Below, piece after piece: positions 12,828-23,895 of a DNA stretch of 38,872 bases. How positions within the stretch are numbered: the stretch's first letter is position 1; each line of letters opens with the position of its first letter. The DNA is from Eledone cirrhosa (lineage: Eukaryota): positions 1 to 38,872 of the forward strand of contig CAXHJY010001594.1 of NCBI GenBank assembly GCA_964016885.1, given 5' to 3'. The position numbers were made by a program, and so were the translations under genes. Under the pieces are notes generated by a model that worked only from the letters and a program-made list of their open reading frames with translations, searched no databases and was not told where the DNA came from.

Positions 12828-14408
12828 ATTAAACATGCTAGACTAACACTTATTGAATTTCAGAATGAATATTGGACCAGAAACACATATAGTAATCTAT
12901 TTGATATTACTATGGGTTCAAGCGATTCTGCCCAAATTACTGATCTTGTGGGCCTCTTTCTTCTTTTCAACATAAATGCTTCCTTTCCCCACCTTAAAGG
13001 TGGTTTATATCGTGATGACTGTCTTCTTCTTTCCAACAACCTTAGCCTCTCAGAAATAGAAAAAAACAAAAAGCTTATTAGAACTTTCCTTAAAGACTAT
13101 TATAGTCTTCATATTACTTTTGAAAACACAAGTAAAGTAGTTAATTTCCTAGATATAACTTTAGACTTAGCTACGGGTATCTACCAACCTTACCATAAAC
13201 CCAACCAAAACTTACACTACATACACTCACAATCTAATCACCCTAAATCTATCCTTAAAAACCTTGCATATAATATATCACTTAGAATTTCTAACCTTTC
13301 ATCTAACCAAGATGTATTTGATAAAAATGCGACCTTCTATAACGAAGCTCTAGATAGAAGTGGCCACAAAAATATATTAGAATATATACCTTCTACTAAA
13401 AATACTATAAACATACAACCTAATATTACCAACAAACACCAAATGAAAAGTACACACCTAAATGCCACCCACACTATACCCCAAAATACCAACAACTCCT
13501 CTAATATAAAGTATAGTAACTCTCAAAAAACTACTCATCATACAACTCTAATAAATGTTAACAATAAAACTCCTAATAAACATGATAAAACACCTAAATC
13601 AATAAATCTAACTAAAAATGTGCGTGGGGATGTCATTAACATTAATCCTCCTAGTAAACATCACGATACAACCTATAAAAATAATAAACAACATAGAAAC
13701 CGTAATAGACGAGTTACTTGGTATAATGCTCCATTTAATTTACAAATTAAGGATAATATTGCTAAAAAAAATTTTTATATCCTAGAGGAAAACTTCCCAC
13801 CAAACCACAAATACCATCAAATCTTAAATAGGTCAACAGTTAAATTCTCATACTCAACAACCAAAAACATAAAACAAAATATAAGTGCCTATAATGCATA
13901 TAAATGTAAAAAAACCATAAGTATACCACCAATACATCAAACTAACCATAATATCTCCTCAAATACAGAATTAACGAAAGGTTGTAACTGTAGAAACAAA
14001 GCAAACTGCCCATTAAAAGGAAATTGTCTTGTTAACAACATAGTTTATAAATGTAAAGTTAAAACTAAAGATTCTATTTGCTCATATATAGGAGCTACTT
14101 CTAACAATTTTAAGGTAAGGTTTAATACCCACAAACATAGTTTTTAAAATGCCGCACTGGCTAATACAACATCTCTAGCAGAAAAAATTAATAGTTATAG
14201 AAATAAGAATATAGAATATGATATGACCTGGAGTGTGCTCAAAAGAGCCACCCCTTATCAAAATAATAGAAATGAATGTAGATTATGTTCCCAAGAACTA
14301 TTTGAAATAATGAAATCTAAGGATATCCTATTAAATAAGCGACAGGAATTAATTATATCGTGTAATCATAAACTGAGAAAAACATTTAAATATTATAAAC
14401 CTAAATAA
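12828..14408 (+). pseudogene. Penelope-like element ORF (5'-truncated RT + GIY-YIG endonuclease), Hydra-clade-like
   Basis: IKHAR...LFDITMGS, GLYRDD, VNFLDITLDL, YIHSQSNHP; CNC..CPLKGNC, NIVY..SYIG, RFNTH; C-terminal CRLC..LLNKR..CNH. One in-frame TAA at 14145-14147 joins ORFs 12912-14147 and 14223-14408. Clade call is from recalled motifs. Confidence 0.88.
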
Positions 14409-14875
14409 TAATATATATTTTAGAAATTTAGAAATTAATATATAATTTAATTTAAATGTAGATAACCTATAAATTTAATTTAATTAAATTTCTAATACAG
14501 ATGAGATAAAAAATATTGTGTAATCATAAATAGTGAAAAACTTTTAAATATTATTAACATAATTAATATATACTTTGTAAATTAATTTATAGATTAATTT
14601 TAGTTTATTTAACCTTTTATTAAAATTCCTTTATAGATGAAATATAACAAAATATCGTGTAATCAATAACAGAGAAATATTTTTTAATATTATAAACCTA
14701 ATTAATGTACAATTTAGAAACTTATTTATAAATTAATTTTAATTTAGTTAACCTATAATTTTAATTTAATTAGCTTAAAATTAAAATTCCAATACAGATG
14801 GATTGCAGAATATCATGTAATCATAAACTGAGATAAATTTTTAAATATATACCTAATTAATATATTCTTTACAAT
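14355..14875 (+). repeat. Degenerate ~150-bp tandem repeat (x4) starting in the last codons of the PLE ORF
   Basis: Motif RTGTAATCA..A...AAATATTATAAACCTAA recurs near 14357, 14517, 14655 and 14812. Weaker copies at 15490-15850. Confidence 0.75.
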
Positions 14876-14901
14876 AAAAAATATATATATATATATATAT
14901 A

Positions 14902-15439
14902 TAGATAAATCTACCAAGAGTTTACGGTAGTGTCCAATCCGTATGAAGAACTCAATGTATTCCGGATATCATGGAAAGAAGAGATGTAATGAAAAACCAC
15001 TTTCGGTGAAAGATAAACGGTATACAGAGTCAAGATAAAATATTAAACAAATAATGAATAAACAATTCCTTATATTAAACAAAAAAAGTTCATTATTTAA
15101 CGATCGTTTCTAGGATATATATGTGTTAGAATTGGTATGCATATTCAACAGATCTATGTACAAAATTATACAAAATTATACAAATTATCAAGATTAAATA
15201 TACATACCAAACACATATATACGCCGTCTTCAGAAATAATGAATTATTTCTGAAGACGGCGTATATATGTGTTTGGTATGTATATTTAATCTTGATAATT
15301 TGTATAATTTTGTATAATTTTGTACATAGATCTGTTGAATATGCATACCAATTCTAACACATATATATCCTAGAAACGATCGTTAAATAATGAACTTTTT
15401 TTGTTTAATATAAGGAATTGTTTATTCATTATTTGTTTA

Positions 15440-15448
<9 letters not shown>
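14902..15448. mobile_element. Fold-back pLTR insertion: inverted copy (14902-15240) plus partial direct copy (15243-15448) of 17614-17980, between (TA)n runs
   Basis: 15035-15240 and 15243-15448 are reverse complements with a 2-nt spacer. 14902-15240 matches the reverse complement of 17614-17980. Confidence 0.9.
15243..15391 (+). ncRNA. Hammerhead with long stem II (mirror copy on minus strand at ~15089-15243)
   Basis: ATTATTT-CTGAAGA-[~115-nt hairpin]-GAAA-CGATCG-TT|AAATAAT. Base of stem II is non-canonical. Confidence 0.65.
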
Positions 15449-15482
<34 letters not shown>

Positions 15483-16029
15483 TTTAATTTTTTGTTAACC
15501 TATAATTATATTCTACTATAGATAAAATACAAAATCTGCTTTAATTATTATAAACCTAATTAGCATATACTATAGAAATTAATATATAATTCTTTAATTT
15601 AGTTAATCTATAATTTATATTCTACTACCGATGAAATACTTGATTTGGTTTTCCCTATTACTAAATTCATTTCCTAATATTGATACCATAATGTTAATAT
15701 TTTAATTTAGTTATGATATAATTAATATTCTACTACTGTTTAACTTCAAAATTCCGCTTCAAATATTATAAACCTAAGTAGTATACACCTTAGAAATCAA
15801 TATATTAACTAATTTTATTTTAGTTAACCTTTAATTAATAGTCTACTTATATTAAAATGCATAATTTTGCCTTCTTTCTTACATTTCCTAATACTGAAAC
15901 TACTATGTAAACATATATTATGATCTAAATGCAGATTAATATTCTATGTTCCTTGAAACCTATATTTACTTTTTCCCACTAATAATTTTAATCCCCCCCC
16001 CTATAATTATTTATATTTGTAAGCGTGGA

Positions 16030-16121
16030 TGAATGTATGTGTATGTAAGTAGGTATGTATGTTTCGGTGTTTATATGTGAGTATAAAAATACATATGTGC
16101 GCATGTAAATAAGTGTCTATG

Positions 16122-16165
<44 letters not shown>

Positions 16166-16405
16166 TATGTATGTATGTATATGTATGTATATGTATGTAT
16201 GTATATGTATGTATGTCTCTATATATAGGTATGTGTGTATGTATATATGTATGCGTGCGTGTGTATATGTGTATATATATTTGTAGAGATGTGTGTATGT
16301 GTATGTGTGTGTATATATATATATATGTGTGCATAATTGTCTGACTGTGTATTTATTTATTTATTTATTTATTTATTTTTTTATATATATTTATGTGTAT
16401 GTGTG

Positions 16406-16448
<43 letters not shown>

Positions 16449-16499
16449 GAGTGTATGTATATATGTGTGTGTGTGTGGTTGTGTATATATATCTATGTG

Positions 16500-16530
<31 letters not shown>

Positions 16531-16671
16531 GTGTATATGTATGTATGTATATCTCTTTATTTATGTATGTCTGAGTTGTGTGAGCGTGTGGTTGTATGTG
16601 TATATACATACATGGATATGTGTATGTGTGTGTATATATACGTATATGTATGTGTATGTGTGTGTTGTGTG

Positions 16672-16704
<33 letters not shown>

Positions 16705-16932
16705 GTGTGTATGTATATATATATGTATATATGTGTATATATATGTGTCTGTATGTATATATGTGTATATATATATGTGTGTGTATGTGTGTGTACATAT
16801 ATGTGTATATATGTATGTGAGTTGTGAATATATGTATATATATATGTGTGTTTGTATGTGTGTCTATGTATTTATATATGTATGTGTATGTGTATCTATG
16901 TATGTATGTGTGTATGTATATGTGTATGTATG

Positions 16933-16979
<47 letters not shown>

Positions 16980-17480
16980 ATGTGTATATATATATATATA
17001 TGTATATCGGTATGTATTTTATGTATGAGTATATTTTACTTGTTTATATATATTTTTTTAATATATTTCTTTTTTATTTCTAAATTTATAGATACATTTT
17101 ATAAATAGGCAGTTTCCCTGACACCCTTAGTAATTACTGAACCCCTTACCCACTTCTGCATTTGGATGTAAAAATATATGTGGCAGTGTTTATGTGTGTG
17201 CCTAAATATCCATATAGTTATAATATTAATATATACATATGTGTGTGTGTGTGTGAGTGTGTGTGTGTATGTTCGTGGGTATGTGTATGTTTATGTGTAT
17301 ATGCGCGTGTGTGTGTGAATGTGTGTATATATGAATCTATATATGTTTATATGCGTATGTGTATTTTATCTGTAGATTATAAACATACAGAGACATTAGC
17401 CCTGAATTTTTGTATTTACATACATTTTTTCGACATACGTATGCATGTGAACATATATTTTTATGCATATCTGTGAACGA
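16030..17480. repeat. Mixed (TA)/(TG)/(TATG)/(TTTA) low-complexity region
   Basis: Interspersed short microsatellites. Confidence 0.9.
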
Positions 17481-17611
17481 AGTTACTTACATATATACAC
17501 ACACCTAACTGTATTTTCTTGATATATTTTTGTGTATTTCATTGGTCAATTTGAACTCTGTTCCCAAACAGACCTGTAATTTTGAATTGTTGTTATTATC
17601 AATAAATATAT

Positions 17612-17784
17612 TTCATTATTTCTGAAGACGGCATATGTATGTGTTGGTATGTATATTATATTTGATAATTTGTATAATTTTGTATAATTTTGTATAATTT
17701 TGTATAATTTTGTACATAGATCTGTTGAATATGCATACCAATTCTAACACATATATGTCCTAGAAACGATCGTTAAATAATGAA
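17612..17784 (+). ncRNA. Type I hammerhead with long stem II
   Basis: Stem I TTCATTATTT/AAATAATGAA (10 bp); CTGAAGA; GGCATAT..GTGTT-GGTATGTATATT pairing with AATATGCATACC..AACAC-ATATATGTC; GAAA; palindromic ACGATCGT; GUU triplet. Confidence 0.7.
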
Positions 17785-17980
17785 CTTTTTTTGTTTAATA
17801 TAAGGAACTGTTTCATTGTTTTATTCATTATTTTTTTTATATTTTATTTTGACTCTGTATTCCGTTTATCTTTCACCGAAAGTGATTTTTGAATGCATCT
17901 CTTCTTTCCATGATATCCGGATTATATTGAGTTCTTCATACGGATTGGACACTACCGTAAACTCTTGGTAGATTTATCTA
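17612..17980 (+). mobile_element. Penelope-type pseudo-LTR, probable 3' end of the PLE starting at ~12828
   Basis: Contains a hammerhead, lies in the same orientation as the PLE ORF, ends at a TA run and is duplicated at 14902-15448. Link to the ORF is inferred. Confidence 0.6.
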
Positions 17981-17995
17981 CATACATATATATAT

Positions 17996-20522
17996 ATCAT
18001 CATCATCATCACCACCGTTTTACGTCCATTCTTCCACGCTAGCATGGGTTAGACGGGTTGTCCTGTTGTGGGCAGTGTCTGGTCGGCTGACCATGCCTTG
18101 CTCATACAGGAACTGATCTGGCTTGATTTCTACAGCTGGATGCCCTTCCTAACACCAACCTCATTTACAGTGAGTGCTGGGTGCTTTTTCGTGGCGCCTA
18201 CACGTCCACTTTACAGTGTGGGCTGGGTGCTTTTTTGCCGTGGCACCTCCACGACCACCTTGCGGTGGGGGGTGTGGGGGCATATTGTCTATATGCTTCA
18301 GATTGTACCCATGGGAGGTCGGGTACTCTGTATTACTGCGTGACGCCAAAAGTCACGGTCGTGTGTCATTGCCTTTGAGAGGTGTAATTGGGTAAGGTCG
18401 GCTTTTATCACCTCATCCGAGGTCATCTTGGGTCTCCCCACTCCGCGGTTTCCATCAACTTCTAGTGCTCTGCACCTTTTTATGCAGCTGTCATCCTTCA
18501 TACGCATCACATGTCTATACCAGCGCAACCGCCTCTCCTGCTCACAGCATTTGATTCCTCTTATGCTCAGTCTCTCTCTCAATTCATTTATGCTTTGTCG
18601 TTCACGTATATTACTGTTACACATCCATCGGAGCATGCAGGCTTCATTTCTCTCTAATCTACGTAAGTCTTCCACCTTCAGCGCCCAGGTCTCACTACCA
18701 TGCAACATTGCTGTTCGGATACACACATCATACAGTCTACCTTTCATTCTTAGGGAGAAGCCTTTTGCAGCTAGCAGTGGTAGTAGTTCCCTAAACTTCT
18801 TCCATCCCGTTCTTACCCTAGTTATTGTACTTTCTGAACACCCACCTCCGCTGCTAATTCGGTCACCTAGGTAGCAGAAGCTGTCTACTGTTTCTACAGA
18901 GCCCTCCCAGAGATTGGTGGTACTTGTTTCCTGTGGCTGTTTGCTGCTTGTTGTCTCAGCACATCTGCTGCATGTGAAGCCTACATTCTTAATTAAGCTT
19001 CCTGAGATCCCGCTACATCTCTTGTGTATCCATTGTTTGCATTTGGGGCAGAGAATAGAGTTCCTACCTACACCTTTCCTACATACTGAGCAAGGCCATT
19101 TCCCTGAGGGGATCTGGGTTCTGTTTTCTCGTCTACTTACAAGGACCTTAGTCTTTGTCATGTTGACTTTGAGACCCTTTCTTTCTAGTCCCTGCTTCCA
19201 AGTTTGGAATTTCTTGTCTAGTTCTACCATAGATTCAGCTATGAGTGCGAGGTCATCAGCATACAGGAGTTCTCATGGGCATCCGGTCTTAAACTCCTCC
19301 GTTATTGCCTGCAGGACTATGATGAACAGGAGGGGGCTAAGAACAGAGCCCTGGTGGACCCCAACCTGTACGCTAAATTCCTCGCTATACTCATTGCTAA
19401 TCCTAACTTTGCTGACTGCTCCCCTATACATGGCTTGTACCGCTTTCACAAGCCATTCATCTACTCCTAGTTTTCTAAGAGCCCACCAGATTACAGCACG
19501 TGAAACTCTGTCAAAGGCTTTCTCAAGGTCGACAAATACCAAGTAGAGTGGCTTACTTTTAGCTAGGTACTTTTCTGTAATTGCCTCACAAGGAAGAGGG
19601 CATCAGTGGTGCCTCTTCCTGGTACAAACCCAAATTGCATCTCGTCTATTTTCACCCGGTCCCTAATGAACTGTGCTATAACTCTTTCTGTTACTTTCAT
19701 GACCTGGTCCATCAACTTTATACCTCTATAGTTTCCTCTATCTAGTGCATCGCCTTTACCTTTGTAGCAGTTGACAATGATGCTACTGCACCCATCTATT
19801 GGTATGACACCTTCTAGTATTACCTGGTTAACAATACGTGTGGTTATAGTGTGACCTACAGACCCAGATGCCTTTAGCATCTCGGCAGCTATACCCAATG
19901 GACCGGTTGCTTTCCCCATCTTCATATCTTTGATTGCCTTACTTACTACGCTGCTGCTGACTTGTACTGCTGGCCCCTCTATAGGGTCTACTTGGGGTAG
20001 GGTCTCTTCTTCCCATGCATTCTCCTCATTTAGTAATCTATCATAATGACTCTTCCATGCATCTTTCTTCAAAGCACTTGTGAGGGCAAGCTCACCTTTA
20101 TCATTCCGGATACACTTCTCTCCAATGACATCACAACTATCTCTGACACACTGCCTCGCAATCTTGAATACCTCCTGTTTCTGGTCCTCACGTTGCAAAA
20201 CATGCTTGAATTTTCTATCCTCTGCTTCCCTCCTAGCTAAGTATACTTGTTGCCTAGCTTCCCTCTTGGTCTCTATGTAATGTACCCTGCTACCCCCGTT
20301 CTTCCATTCTTTCCATGCCTGTCTCTTGGCCTTAACTGCTTCATCTACCTTATTGTTCCACCACCAAGTCACTCTCCTCCTGCTTGAGGTCTTACTCCAG
20401 CCACAGACCTCATCCGTCGCCTCTAGTAAATTATTTTTTAGGAACTCCCAGTTCTCTTCTACATTAAATGTCTCTATCTGTTCTTCTTTAATATCGTCGG
20501 CGTTGAGTAAAATATCTTTATA
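17996..20522 (-). mobile_element. RTE-clade LINE, 5'-truncated, frameshifted
   Basis: WWWN, NYRGIKL, QFGFVPGRGTTDA, FVDLEKAFD, GVHQGSVLSP, YADD, FCYLG, HGSETW, RRLRW; 3' UTR ending in a (GAT)n tail. Confidence 0.95.
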
Positions 20523-20593
20523 TATATGGGCCATGGTGCCCAAAATATCTTTATAAAGAATAAAGAATCTTGCTAAACAAGTTCAGAAACGAA

Positions 20594-20820
20594 ATATATA
20601 TATATATATATTATATATATATATATTATATATTATATATATATATATTATATATATATTATATATATATTATATATATATATTATATATATATTATATA
20701 TATATTATATATATATTATATATATATATTATATATATATTATATATATATTATATATATATATTATATATATATTATATATATATATTATATATATATT
20801 ATATATATATTATATATATA
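20594..20820. repeat. (TA)n microsatellite with TT interruptions
   Basis: Direct reading. Confidence 0.97.
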
Positions 20821-22742
20821 GGGAAGGCAACCGGTCCATCGGGTATAGCTGCCGAGATGCTGAAGGCATCTGGGTCTGTAGGTCACACTATAACCACACG
20901 TATCGTTAACCAGGTAATACTAGAGGGGGCCATACCAAAAGATTGGTGCAGTAGCATCATTGTCAACTGCTACAAAGGTAAAGGCGATGCACTAGATAGA
21001 GGAAACTATAGAGGTATAAAGTTGATGGACCAGGTCATGAAAGTAACAGAAAGAGTTATAGCACAGCTGATTAGGGACCGGGTGAATATAGACGAGATGC
21101 AATTTGGGTTTGTTCCAGGGAAAGGCACCACTGATGCGCTCTTCCTTGTGAGGCAATTACAGGAAAAGTACCTAGCTAAAAGTAAGCCACTCTACTTGGC
21201 ATTTGTCGACCTTGAGAAAGCCTTTGACAGAGTTCCACGTGCAGTAATCTGGTGGGCTCTTAGAAAACTAGGAGTAGATGAATGGCTTGTGAAAGCGGTA
21301 CAAGCCATGTATAGGGGAGCAGTCAGCAAAGTTAGGATTGGCAATGAGTATAGCGAGGAATTTAGCGTACAGGTTGGGGTCCACCAGGGCTCTGTTCTTA
21401 GCCCTCTCCTGTTCATCATAGTCCTGCAGGCAATAACGGAGGAGTTTAAGACCGGATGCCCATGGGAACTCCTGTATGCTGATGACCTCGCACTCATAGC
21501 TGAATCTATGGTAGAACTAGAGAATAAATTCCAAACCTGGAAGCAGGGACTAGAGAGAAAGGGCCTCAAAGTCAACATGACAAAGACTAAGGTCCTTATA
21601 AGTAGACGAGAAAACAGAACCCAGATCCCCTCAGGGAAATGGCCTTGCTCAGTATGTAGGAAAGGTGTAGGTAGGAACTCCATTCTTTGCCCCAAATGCA
21701 AACAATGGGTACACAAGAGATGTAGCGGGATCTCAGGAAGCTTAATTAAGAATGTAGGATTCACATGCAGCAGCTGTGCTGAAACAGCAAGCTAACAGCC
21801 ACAGGAAACAAGTACCACCAATCTCTGGGAGGGCCCTGTAGAAACAGTAGACAGCTTCTGCTACCTAGGTGACCGAATTAGCAACGGAGGTGGGTGCTCA
21901 GAAAGTACAATAACTAGGGTAAGAACGGGATGGAAGAAGTTTAGGGAACTACTACCACTGCTAGCTGCAAAAGGCTTCTCCCTCAGAATGAAAGGCAGAC
22001 TGTATGATGCGTGTATCCGAACAGCGATGTTGCATGGTAGTGAGACCTGGGCGCTGAAGGTGGAAGACTTACGTAGATTAGAGAGAAACGAAGCCTGCAT
22101 GCTCCGATGGATGTGTAACAGTAATATACGTGAACGACAAAGCATAAATGAATTGAGAGAGAGACTGAGCATAAGAGGAATCAAATGCTGCGTGCAGGAG
22201 AGGCGGTTACGCTGGTATGGACATGTGATGCGTATGAAGGATGACAGCTGCATAAAAAGGTGCAGAGCACTAGAAGTTGATGGAAACCGCGGAGTGGGGA
22301 GACCTAAGATGACTTGGGATGAGGTGATAAAAGCCGACCTTACCCAACTACACCTCTCAAAGTCAATGACACACGACCGTGACTTCTGGCGTCACGCAGT
22401 AATACAGGGTACCCGACCTCCCATGGGTACATGCTGAAGCATATAAACAATATGCCCCCCCCCCCCCCACCGCAAGGTGGTCGTGGAGGTGCCACGGCAA
22501 AAAAGCACCCAGCCCACACTGTAAAGTGGACGTGTAGGCGCCACGAAAAAGCACCCAGCACTCACTGTAAATGAGGTTGGTGTTAGGAAGGGCATCCAGC
22601 TGTAGAAATCAAGCCAGATCAGTTCCTGTATGAGCAAGGCATGGTCAGCCGACCAGACACTGCCCACAACAGGACAACCCGTCTAACCCATGCTAGCGTG
22701 GAAGAACGGACGTAAAACGGTGATGATGATGATGATGATGAT
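20821..22742 (+). mobile_element. RTE-clade LINE, 5'-truncated, same family as 17996-20522
   Basis: ORFs 20857-21795 and 21988-22437 are in one frame with a single TAA at 21793-21795. RT motifs intact (LLYADD); (GAT)n tail at 22721-22742. Confidence 0.95.
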
Positions 22743-23372
<630 letters not shown>

Positions 23373-23374
<2 letters not shown>

Positions 23375-23525
23375 CATCATCATCAGGTTTAGCGTCCGTG
23401 TTCCATGCTTGCATGGGTTTGGACGGGGGTTTTCCCACTTGAGGCAAGAGTGGTTGTCTTGCTCGCATAGGACTGTCTAGCGGGTTTTCTACAGTTGGAT
23501 GCCCTTCCTAACACCAACCACATTT
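23373..23525 (-). mobile_element. Short RTE-type 3' tail (truncated LINE or RTE-dependent SINE)
   Basis: (CAT)n + CGTCCG..TTCCATGC..GCATGGGTT and TTTCTACAG.TGGATGCCCTTCCTAACACCAACC, shared with 17996-18160. Confidence 0.8.
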
Positions 23526-23554
23526 ATATATATATATACATATATATATACATA

Positions 23555-23891
23555 TGCGAGCGAGACCTGGAAGAGTACGGCACGGCCGAGTTCGAAAGTA
23601 GGAGATCCTGCGGAGAGCTGAGTCGTGGATGCTACAGAGAGTGGTCACGGAGCGTCGGTGCCGTCTGGCTGGACATATTCTGCCAAATGAACAGCATTCG
23701 AAAACAGCGATGAACTGGACTCCGCCTGGCGGCAAACGTAGGCGGGGTTGCCCAAAGATCACCTGGCGACGAACGTTCCGGAAGGACCTGATGGCAGTGA
23801 ACATCACCTGGCACAGTCTCGAAAAAGTTGCCACTGAACGAGAGCGTGTGTTCGATGCGGCGAATGGCGCGGAAAAGACTAAGACTAAGAC
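23555..23891 (+). mobile_element. 3' fragment of a different RTE-clade LINE
   Basis: RRCRLAGHI..KTAMNWTPPGGKRRRGCPKITWRRT is a typical RTE C-terminus; (AAGACT)n tail. Confidence 0.82.
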
Positions 23892-23895
23892 ATAT

